From assembly GCA_951406725.2 (NCBI GenBank), contig OX597819.1, positions 102,858,001 to 102,922,000 on the forward strand: 64,000 nt of DNA, written 5' to 3'. This DNA comes from Octopus vulgaris (Eukaryota). A program made the translations under genes and the position numbers. The notes below the pieces were generated by a model, which saw only the letters and a list, made by a program, of their open reading frames with translations, made no database searches and was not told where the DNA came from. Shown here piece after piece: positions 39,791 through 50,368 of this stretch (positions are counted from its first letter, which is position 1; every line of letters starts with the position of its first letter).

Positions 39791-40100
39791 CAACATGGAG
39801 GAAAGCACCTTCGAAAAGTGTCTTGGTGGGACGATGAAAGATATCTAACCAGAGGCGGTAAATTCGCCACAATAGAAGCAAGTTTCGAGTCAACGGAACG
39901 TGCAAGGGAGTACTCGACTGGAACTTGTGGAAATATTTTATTTTTACCTTTATATCTGGGACGTAGGACGTCCCCGAAAAATGTTTTAAATGCCCCCCCA
40001 ACCCCCCCGAAGTAGAGGTAGGCTGGATTGTAGCCACACTTCTAAACAACACGGAGGACAATATACAATTGATCGAAATTACGAGAGACGGGCTAACAAT
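39791..40100 (+). pseudogene. 3' piece of decayed LINE ORF1 'E' (right of the array)
   Basis: NMEESTFEKCL / YLTRGGKFATIEASFES / ILFLPLYLGRRTS / EVEVGWIVATLL are collinear with ORF1 of B-D; frameshifted; no knuckle and no tail. Confidence 0.8.
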
Positions 40101-40283
40101 TCCAGTCTGTTATATATTTTGAGTATTGTTATCACTAGCGATATCAAGATGTAACTTTGTATTTTGTATTTTATGTGTAGATGTATATATATATATAGAT
40201 GTACATGTAATGTGTACACATATATATACACATATATACACGTACTAGCACTGTGACCCGGCAACGACGTGTCTTTAATGCTA

Positions 40284-40326
<43 letters not shown>

Positions 40327-41183
40327 AATACAAAATAAGAAAATGGAGGAATTGATTTCTGTCAATCATCAACTTCCAGATAATACCAATTCATATAATT
40401 TATCAACTAATTATTTAGATTAAATAGGAACATCCAAATCCAACAGAATAAAACAGAATAAAACAATATACATCAATAAGTAATATAATACCATAAGACT
40501 GTTAAGTTACTTCTAAGTTATATATATATATATATATATGCATATATACATATACAAACGAGCTCGGGCGTATATCGCGTATCTAACTTTTCATATTTTC
40601 TTCGTGTATGTGAGCGACATCCGTGCCCAGCTGCTTGTGGTTTAACAAAAGAGTCAGTTTTAGCGGCGTTATTTATATCTGGCTTTGTGAGTAGGTGTAG
40701 ATGCAGGTGGTGTTGGGTCTAGTCACTATTCCATATAGTAACTGTGTTGCCTTAGACAATGTTGATACTGGTCGTAATACTATTAGTACTTACCGCATTA
40801 ATGAATCAGCTCTAGTTTTGTGATGTTGTTGTTGATAATGCTTTTGATACACCGTTGACGCAGTCACCACAGTCTTCATATAACATATTGCATATGCTGA
40901 TGTTTGTTCTTGGGGTAACACCCAACTTGCTGTTGCTCACACTTCCCAAATCTCTTAACTCCTCACTCCTTTTAAGCATTACTATAATGTGCGCCATATT
41001 ATTTTGGGGTGTAAATTTAAAAGCGATTATGTAATAGATACAGCAATTTAACCCCCATAGCAGAATGAAATAAAAATATGAATTCGACAATTTAAAATCA
41101 GCAGTAATTTTAAAGAATTTGGAAAATGATAAAGAAAAGCATAACACACAAGCTAAGAGCAAAATTAATATTATTCCTTTCTA

Positions 41184-41588
41184 AGGCAGCGAGCTGGCAG
41201 AAACGTTAGCACGCCGGGCGAAATGAGTAGCCGTATTTTGTCTGTCGTTACGTTCTGAGTTCAAATTCCGCCGAGGTCGACTTTGCCTTTCATCCTTTCG
41301 GGGTCGATAAAATAAGTACCAGTTACGCATTGGGGTCGATATAATCGACTTAATCCGTTTGTCTGTCCTTGTTTGTCCTCTGTGTGTTTAGCCACTTGTG
41401 GGTAGTAAAGAAATAGAAATAGGTATTCCGCCTGCGCTTACGTTCTGAGTACAAATTCCGCCGAGGGCGAATTTCCTTTCATCCTTTCAGGGTCGATAAA
41501 TTAAGTACCAGTTGCGTACTAGGGTCGTTCTAATCAACTGGCCCCTTCCTCCAAAATTTTGGGCCTTTTGCCTAGAGTCGAAAAGAAT
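41184..41588 (+). mobile_element. SINE dimer: full monomer (tail 1) plus 5'-truncated monomer (tail 2)
   Basis: The second unit starts GGTATTCCG right after AAAGAAATAGAAATA, the same junction position as the dimer at 15.3 kb. Confidence 0.85.
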
Positions 41589-42532
41589 ATCTAGAAAGAA
41601 ATTGTGACGAAGGGAAACTTCAGTATTTAATATCTCCCTTGATTTTGTTTTATTTCTGTCTAAAAGGATCAATGGGACAAAATGCATTCTCATCGGTTAC
41701 TGCTGGGCGATTTTCATTTGTTACCGATATATTTTGCGCTTTTAGGAAGAGTTCGTCCACTAGAGACAATAAATTATCCTCTTTGAGACAAATTTGCGTT
41801 AAGTCTTTTACACATATGGCTATTTTAATCCTTATTTCTTCTTCTGTTGCTTACAACAGATACATACACATACAAACACACACACACACACACATATACA
41901 TATATATATATTTATATAGGGAGAGCTTACGAAAAAACAAAAGACGAAGACAGGTGGCGTACAAAACAAACAGATATATTAATATAACGCTCAGGAATAG
42001 AAAACGTCTCTTACGTTTCGAGCCTACGCTCTTCTACACAAAGGGACACAGAAAAAAACAAGGAGAGAAACAAGTATGTATGTATGTATGTATGTATGTA
42101 TGTATGTATGTATGTATGTATGTATGTATGTATGTATGTATGTATGTATGTATGTATGTGTGTGTCTATTCACATATGTTCATATATATATAGAGAGATA
42201 GATAGATACACAGATAAAGATGTAAAAATATTAAATAAAATTCACATGTGGTACTTATGCGGTAATCAGTGATGTTGTATGAGTACAGCAGACCTTTGTA
42301 ATACAATAGCTGTGTTGTGTAAATCAATACTAGTGTCGTGTGACACAATAAATATGTATGATGACGTCAATAAAAATACAGATTTTAATCTCCCGATTAG
42401 ACATTAATTTAAAGGATTTCCGTTTAATAATTGCGTGACGATTCATATATTTTGGCTAAAATCTACAGGCTGCCCTGGGAATATTACTTTTTCAGATGAC
42501 ATTTTATCACACACAGATGTTCACTCACACAT

Positions 42533-42607
<75 letters not shown>

Positions 42608-42711
42608 AGCAATAATTTACAAATAAAGAAATTACATCCACCAATCCGACGTTGAGCATTCGTTTGCATCGTTCGACATTTATGTATGTATATATATATA
42701 TATATATATAT

Positions 42712-42743
<32 letters not shown>

Positions 42744-42759
42744 TAGATAGATAGATACA

Positions 42760-43168
42760 AGTCTATGTCCGGCCATAGAGTGACCAATGATTTCGCATCC
42801 ACACACAAAGGGTTTAGCCCAGTGGACCTCTCGTCGGAATCTAAAGCCGAAGACAAATGTAACTCTTCACCTCTGGGAGGCAGGAATCCGTTATGGTCAT
42901 TTGATCTGTAAGTCATCAAATGATAAATACAGCTGGTTTAGCGAGAACGAGTTTTCTCCCTAGATAACCCATGTTCCCTGAATCCAGAGTATTTATTCTT
43001 TGTGACTTACTGACCAAATGACCGTGGCATATTCCTGCCTCCTATCCAGATGTGAAGTGTTACTTTTTTCTTCCACTCTAGAGACTGACGAGATATTTAA
43101 GGGGCTAACCCCGTGTGGATGCGAAACCATTGGTCACTCTACAACGGTACATAGACCGGACATAGACT
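42760..43168. mobile_element. MITE-like element with ~60-bp imperfect terminal inverted repeats
   Basis: AGTCTATGTCCGG..AGAGTGACCAATG..TTCGCATCCACAC..TAGCCC versus GGGCTA..GTGTGGATGCGAAA..CATTGGTCACTCT..CCGGACATAGACT. Confidence 0.75.
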
Positions 43169-43407
43169 AATATATATATATTAAAGCTCACACTCACACA
43201 CACAAACTCACACGCACACACATATACATGTGGATGGTTGGCGACTTTTTTTCTCCATCTTCCTTTACTCTTGGACTTTACGCCGTCTCCTGTTTCTGAC
43301 GAAAAGCTTTGCTTGAAACGTCTAAAAGTTGATGAATATCACCTATTGATCCCCTCCATATTCCTATTGCTCTCCCTTTTACTGACCAGTTTGTCAGAAA
43401 GTCAAGT

Positions 43408-43700
43408 GGAGACACATGGCCTAGTGGTTAGAGCAGCGGACTCGCGGGTTCGAATCTCAGACTGGGCGATGTGTGGGTGTTTATGAGCGATACACCTAAA
43501 CTTCACGCGGCTTCAGCAGAAGGTAATGGGGAACTTCTGCTGACTCTTTCGCCACAACATTTTCTCACTCTTTCCTCCTGCATCTTGCAGCTCACCTGCA
43601 ACGGACCGGCGTCCCGCCCAGGTGGGGTACCTATACGTCAAGGAAGCCGGGAAACCGGCCCTTATGAGCCAGGCATGGCACGAGAAGGAACAAACAACAG
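43408..43700 (+). mobile_element. tRNA-derived SINE related to 13810-14192
   Basis: TGGCCTAGTGGTTAGAGCAGCGGACTCGCGGGTTCGAATC head; shares the body up to CACAAC..TCTCACTCT; different 3' part. Confidence 0.75.
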
Positions 43701-43982
43701 AAAATCATGTTTAGAAGACTCTTATTTATTTAATATACATACGCGCGCACACATGCACACATACACACACATACATGCATATATGCATGTGTATGAGGAT
43801 ATATGAATGCATATATTCTTTTATATATAGATAGACTCTTCTCTAATTTGTTTTTTCGACTGACTTTATTACCATTTTTGTTTTGTTTTTCAGTTCCTAC
43901 ATACAGATTACGTTCAGTAACGTCTGCAGGCATACCATATACGTAATATACACATGCATTTATTAAAATACAAATACAAATA

Positions 43983-44028
<46 letters not shown>

Positions 44029-44129
44029 GTATATATATGTATGTATAAATATACATACCCATATACGCATACACACACATATGGTGTGTGTAACTGTGCG
44101 CGCGGGTATTTCTGAGTGTCTGTATGTAT

Positions 44130-44160
<31 letters not shown>

Positions 44161-44618
44161 CTTAAATGCCACCCACTAATTATTTATAATGTTAGAGTAA
44201 CTATGTATATTATTTCTTCAGTAAATCTCAAGGGTGTCATTTTGGTTCCTTTCTCTAAAAACCAAGGGATATATCTTTAAAACTTTTGCTATTCCCATAA
44301 TTCACCGTTCCACACGTCTGCTGCCTTCTGGTTTACCAATGCTTTGCCATATCATTTTGTTCTTAAGACCATTTCTCCACTGAAATTTTGAACAACTGAT
44401 ATCCAGCTGCTGCTATGGCAATACTATCTTTTAGAAAATGAATAAAAATTGAAAGATATATATAAAATGAATTTAAATATCGTTCCTTTCGTCTCAGTTG
44501 CAAAGTTAAAGTACATCATTAGAGTGTTTGAATATCGTATTCTTGTTGAGATGACTGATACACCACGCACAACACTTGTACACACACGCGCACTCAGATA
44601 CGCACGCACACACATACA

Positions 44619-44790
44619 CAGACGTATATATGTGTCTGTGTGTGATTGCGTATGCGTCTGTGTGTATGAGCATATATATATATGTATATGTGTGTGAGTA
44701 TACACGCACATAATTATGCGTATATTTTGTATATACACATATTTATAGAGAGAGAAAGTGAGAGAGAGTGTGTGAGAGATAGATAGATGG

Positions 44791-44836
<46 letters not shown>

Positions 44837-44861
44837 ATATATCTGTATATGTATATATCTG

Positions 44862-44915
<54 letters not shown>

Positions 44916-46076
44916 CACATATGTATGTATGTACGCATGTATAAATATATGTGCTTACATGATTAAAAAATTATTTAGGATTTGTTCCGGAAAGAAACCC
45001 TTCCGACTAATTTCAAATGTTTTTCTTTTTATCTCGAATTCCATGAAAAATAGTTCCAATCTGATTTCTTTGATTTGCATAACTGTACATGCGCTAACAA
45101 AGTGCCGGTTTTTTTCTTTTTTTTTTTTTTTCTTTTAACAATTGACTTAGCATCGGTTACGTTTTTGCTTGAAATTTAAAAACTAAACTTAAAATGTAAG
45201 TTCGTCTTGTCTGAAAAAAAAAAGAATTAAGTAATTGTAGCATGATTTGATTGAAAAGCGCTAATTATTGTTATTATTTACTAGCAGTATCGCCCGGCGT
45301 TGCTCGGGTTTGTAAGGAAAATAACTATATAAGCATTTTAGAGAGTTATAGCAAAAAAATAGCAATAAAATGCATTAAAAAGGGAAAAAAAATGATGGTA
45401 ATTTTTTTTTTTAATCGTTGACTCATCGTAGACATTTTTAGAGAGTTACTTCCCTTATATAATAGCGAAAAAATGATTTAAAATGGAAAAAAATGATGGT
45501 AATTTTTTTTTAAATCGTAGACTCATCGTAGACGCGCGCTAATACCCAGAAGGGCTCGATATGAATCACGACTATAAGATACCCGGTTTTGGTTAAACTG
45601 CACCACAAAATGTTAGTAGTCAGGAATCTAAATCGTAGGAGACAGACACACAACTTGACTTTTATATATAAAGATATCATAGTTCAATTTCGGAACTAGT
45701 GAAGCTGTTAAATATTTAGAACGATCATACTACTTAGAGTATTTTGACATCGCACTTCAGTGAAAGCGAGATATGGAAATATGCGTACATTGTGTACAAA
45801 TAAAATACTGTACTTGAGTCTGGTTTCTAACAACATAGCACAGACGTATATATGTGTCTGTGTGTGATTGCGTATGCGTCTGTGTGTATGAGCATATATA
45901 TATATGTATATGTGTGTGAGTATACACGCACATAATTATGCGTATATTTTGTATATACACATATTTATAGAGAGAGAAAGTGAACCGCCAGCAGTTGATA
46001 TTACTGGATATATATATATATATATATGTGTATGTGTGTGTGTGTATATGTATATATCTGTATATGTATATATCTG

Positions 46077-46134
<58 letters not shown>

Positions 46135-46492
46135 CACATATGTATGTATGTACGCATGTATAAATATATGTGCTTACATGATTAAAAAATTATTCAGGAT
46201 TTGTTCCGGAAAGAAACCCTTCCGACTAATTTCAAATGTTTTTCTTTTTATCTCGAATTGTGTTGAAAAATAGTTCCAATCTGATTTCTTTGATTTGCAT
46301 AACTGTACATGCGCTAACAAAGTGCCGGTTTTTTTCTTTTTTTTTTTTTTCTTTTAACAATTGACTTAGCATCGGTTACGTTTTTGCTTGAAATTTAAAA
46401 ACTAAACTTAAAATGTAAGTTCGTCTTGTCTGAAAAAAAAAAGAATTAAGTAATTGTAGCATGATTTGATTGAAAAGCGCTAATTATTGTTA
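44619..46492 (+). repeat. ~650-bp near-identical direct duplication (44619-45272 and 45841-46492)
   Basis: CAGACGTATATATGTGTCTG...AAAAGCGCTAATTATTGTTA is present twice with only microsatellite-length and a few other differences. Confidence 0.9.
45281..45674 (-). mobile_element. Non-autonomous Helitron-like element (family of 253-765)
   Basis: Minus strand reads A|TCTTTATATATAAAAG...CCCGAGCAACGCCGGGCGATACTGCTAG|T. Confidence 0.8.
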
Positions 46493-46536
46493 ATATTTCG
46501 AAGTCATTAACCAGAACGCTGGTATTTCTGTACACA

Positions 46537-46652
46537 GCCGAAGAAGCCTAAGTCGAAGCCGAAGCCGAAGCCGAAGCCGAAACCGAAGCTGAACCCGAAC
46601 CCGAAGCTGAAGCCGAAGCCGAAACCGAAGCTGAACCCGAACCCGAAGCTGA
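46537..46652. repeat. (GCCGAA)/(CCGAAC) hexamer tract grading into telomeric repeat
   Basis: Directly visible hexamer run. Confidence 0.85.
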
Positions 46653-47152
46653 AACCTAACCCTAACCCTAACCCTAGCCCTAACCCTAACCCAAAGCCTA
46701 ACCCTAACCCTAACCCTAACCCTAACTTTAACCCTAACCCTAACCCAAAGCCTAACCCTAACCCTAACCCTAAACCTAAACTTAACCCTCACCCTAACCC
46801 TAAACCTAACCCTATCCCTAAACCTAACCGTAAACCTAACCCTAAACCTAACTGTAACCTAACCCGAACCTAACCCTAACCCTAACCCTAAACCTAAACT
46901 TAACCCTCACCTTAACCCTAAACCTAACCCTAACCCTAAACCTAGCCGTAAACCTAACCCTAACCCAAACCCTAACCTTAACCCTAAACCTAAACCTAAC
47001 CCTAACCCTTACCCTAACACTAAACCAACCCTAACCCTAACCCTAAAGAAAATCCTAACCCTAACACTCACCCTAACCCTAACCCTAACCTTAACCCTAA
47101 CCCTTACCCAAAACCTAACACCAACCCTAACCCTAACCCAACCCCTAACCCT
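46653..47152 (-). repeat. Interstitial degenerate telomeric repeat (CCCTAA)n, i.e. TTAGGG on the minus strand
   Basis: ~500 bp of CCCTAA with ACCTAA/CCTTAA/CCCAAA variants. Confidence 0.92.
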
Positions 47153-49930
47153 GCCGAAAGAGATCGAAGAGGGTCCCGAAAGAGATCAAAGAGGGTGCCG
47201 AAAGAGATCAAAGAGAGTGCCGAAAGAGATCAAAGTGGGTCCCAAAAGAGATCAAAGAGGGTCCCAAAAGAGATCAAAGAGGGTGCCGAAAGAGATCAAA
47301 GAAGAGTCCCGAAATAGATCATAGATTGTGCCGAAAGAGATCAAAGAGGAGTCCCGAAAGAGATCAAAGCGAGTGCCGAAAGAGATCAAAGAGTGTGCCG
47401 AAAGAGATCAAAGAGTGTGCCGAAAGAGATGAAAGAAGGTGCCGAAAGAGATCAAAGAAGGTGCTGAAAGGGATCAAAGAAGGTGCAGAAAGAGATCAAA
47501 GAGTGTGCCGAAAGAGATCAAAGAGGTGCCGAAAGAGATCAAAGAGGATGCCGAAAGAAATCAAAGGGGGTGCCGAAAGGGATCAAAAGGGTGCCGAATG
47601 AGATCAAAGATGGCGTCGAAAGAGATCAAAGAGGGTGCCGAAAGAGATCAAAGAGGGTGCCGAGAGAGATCAAAGTGGGTCCCGAAAGAGATCAAAGAGG
47701 GTGCCGAATGAGATCAAAGAGGGTGCCGAAAGAGATCAAAGAGGGTGCCGAAAGAGATCAAAGTGGGTCCCGAAAGAGATCAAAGAGGGTGCCGAATGAG
47801 ATCAAAAGGGTGCCGAAAGAGATCAAAGAGGGTGCCGAAAGAGATCAAAGTGGGTCCCGAAAGAGATCAAAGAGGGTGCCGAAAGAGATCAAAAGGGTGC
47901 CGAAAGAGATCAAAGAGGGTGCCGAAAGAGATCAAAAGGGTGCCGAAAGAGATCAAAGAGGGTGCCGAATGAGATCAAAGAGGGTGCCGAAAGAGATCAA
48001 AGAGGGTGCCGAAAGAGATCAAACATTAAACTTAACTTCATTTTATTGAGTGTCGATGGATAAGCTACTGGATTAATTAATATTTAGAGAGTGCCGAATG
48101 AGATCAAAGTGGGTCCCGAAAGAGATCAAAGAGGGTGCCGAAAGAGATCAAAGTGGGTGCCGAAAGAGATCAAAGAGTGTGCCGAAAGAGATCAAATGGG
48201 GTGCCGAAAGGGATGAAAGAAGGTGCCGAAAGAGATCAAAGAGGGTGCCGAAAGAGATCAAAGTGGGTCCCGAAAGAGATCAAAGAGGGTGCCGAATGAG
48301 ATCAAAAGGGTGCCGAAAGAGATCAAAGAGGGTGCCGAAAGAGATCAAAGTGGGTCCCGAAAGAGATCAAAGAGGGTGCCGAAAGAGATCAAAAGGGTGC
48401 CGAAAGAGATCAAAGAGGGTGCCGAAAGAGATCAAAAGGGTGCCGAAAGAGATCAAAGAGGGTGCCGAAAGAGATCAAAGAGTGTGCCGAAAGAGATCAA
48501 AGGGGGTGCCGAAAGGGATCAAAGAAGGTGCCGAAAGAGATCAAAGTGGGTCCCGAAAGAGATCAAAGAGGGTGCCGAAAGAGATCAAAAGGGTGCCGAA
48601 AGAGATCAAAGAGGGTGCCGAAAGAGATCAAAAGGGTGCCGAAAGAGATCAAAGAGGGTGCCGAAAGAGATCAAAGAGGGTGCCGAAAGAGATCAAAGAG
48701 TGTGCCGAAAGAGATCAAAGGGGGTGCCGAAAGGGATCAAAGATGGTGCCGAAAGAGATCAAAGAGGGTGCCGAATGAGATCAAAGAGGGTGCCGAAAGA
48801 GATCAAAGAGGGTGCCGAAAGAGATCAAAAGGGTGCCGAAAGAGATCAAAGAGGGTGCCGAAAGAGATCAAAAGGGTGCCGAAAGAGATCAAAGAGGGTG
48901 CCGAAAGAGATCAAAGAGGGTGCCGAAAGAGATCAAAGAGTGTGCCGAAAGAGATCAAAGGGGGTGCTGAAAGGGATCAAAGAAGGTGCCGAAAGAGATC
49001 AAAGAGGGTGCCGAATGAGATCAAAGAGGGTGCCGAAAGAGATCAAAGAGGGTGCCGAAAGAGATCAAAGAGGTGCCGAAAGAGATCTAAGAGGTTGTCG
49101 AAAGAGATCAAAGAGGTTGCCGAAAGAGATTAAAGAGAGTGCCGAATGAGATCAAAGTGGGTCCCGAAAGAGATCAAAGAGGGTGCCGAAAGAGATCAAA
49201 GTGGTGCCGAAAGAGATCAAAGATGGTGTCGAAAGAGATCAAAGAGGGTGCCGAAAGAGATCAAAGAGGGTGCCGAAAGAGATCAAAGAGGGTCCCGAAA
49301 GAGATCAAAGAGGGTGCCGAAAGAGATCAAAGAGGGTGCCGAAAGAGATCAAAGTGGGTGCCGAAAGAGATCAAAGAGGGTGCCGAAAGAGATCAAAAGG
49401 GTCCCGAAAGAGATCAAAGAGGGTGCCGAAAGAGATCAAAAGGGTGCCGAAAGAGATCAAAGAGGGTGCCGAAAGAGATCAAAGGGGGTGCCGAAAGAGA
49501 TCAAAGATGGTGCCGAAAGAGATCAAAGAGGGTGCCGAAAGAGATCAAAAGGGTGCCGAAAGAGATCAAAGAGGGTGCCGAAAGAGATCAAAGAGGGTGC
49601 CGAAAGAGATCAAAGAGGGTGCCGAAAGAGATCAAAGAGGGTGCCGAAAGAGATCAAAGAGGTGCCGAAAGAGATCTAAGAGGTTGTCGAAAGAGATCAA
49701 AGAGGTTGCCGAAAGAGATTAAAGAGAGTGCCGAATGAGATCAAAGTGGGTCCCGAAAGAGATCAAAGAGGGTGCCGAAAGAGATCAAAGTGGGTGCCGA
49801 AAGAGATCAAAGAGTGTGCCGAAAGAGATCAAAGGGGGTGCCGAAAGGGATCAAAGAGGGTGCCGAAAGAGATCAAAGAGGGTGCCGAATGAGATCAAAG
49901 ACGGTGCCGAAAGAGATCAAAGAGGGTGCC
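47153..49930. repeat. 22-bp minisatellite GCCGAAAGAGATCAAAGAGGGT, ~2.8 kb (roughly 125 units)
   Basis: Tandem units with recurrent variants; one ~65-bp non-repeat interruption at ~48023-48087. Confidence 0.97.
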
Positions 49931-50276
49931 TAAAGAGTCCTTAAATTCAGTCGTTATGATGTTCACAGAAAATATCTAGATGGTTAAAAGGATGTTGGGC
50001 ACACGAACATAAGGTCTAGTTTCTTGTTCGAATGACGCGTTTCGTCCGTGTGAAAAGTATGTTACATCATGTTGTTCTAGTGTACAAAACGGAAAGTGAA
50101 TATCAGCCGAAGCTTCTTTTGTTCCTGCTGTTGCATCCTTAGTGGTTCGCTCCTGGGGACGAAAGAGTGTGTATGGATCGACTTGAAATTTTTTGGGGGA
50201 AGTACGTAAATATCGTGTTCTGAGAATGGCCGGTATGTGACTATGTATTTGTGTATTTGTTCGTGTTGTATAGGAC

Positions 50277-50368
50277 ATCCTGACGAGGGGGGGTGCCAAT
50301 TTTAAGTACTATTTTAAGTACTGATATGTCTAGTATTGATTGGCACATCCCCGAAACGGCCCGTAGAT
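50277..50368 (+). ncRNA. Candidate Penelope-type hammerhead ribozyme
   Basis: ATC-CTGACGA-[GGGG..GTGCCAAT...ATTGGCAC..CCCC]-GAAA-CGGCCCG-TA-GAT: intact core, long stem II, near-palindromic stem III, 3-bp stem I. Confidence 0.5.

Larger units (their letters stand above)
28809..40284 (+). mobile_element. Non-autonomous Helitron-like element enclosing the LINE array
   Basis: 5' end A|TCTTTATATATATAAAACTG..TGTCTGTC matches the 5' end of the 253-765 Helitron. 3' end is GACCCGGCAACGACGTGTC-N6-GCTAG|T at 40255-40285. Pairing the two ends is an inference. Confidence 0.55.

Noticed and set aside
46490-46792. RV/RL dipeptide ORF on the minus strand
   Set aside because: Translation of TTAGGG and CTTCGG hexamers.
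47153-49930. CRISPR-like array
   Set aside because: Repeats are contiguous with no unique spacers, there are no cas genes, and the context is eukaryotic.
47326-49944. Long Lys/Arg/Glu-rich ORFs (up to 308 aa)
   Set aside because: They are translations of the 22-bp satellite in all three frames; no unique coding sequence.
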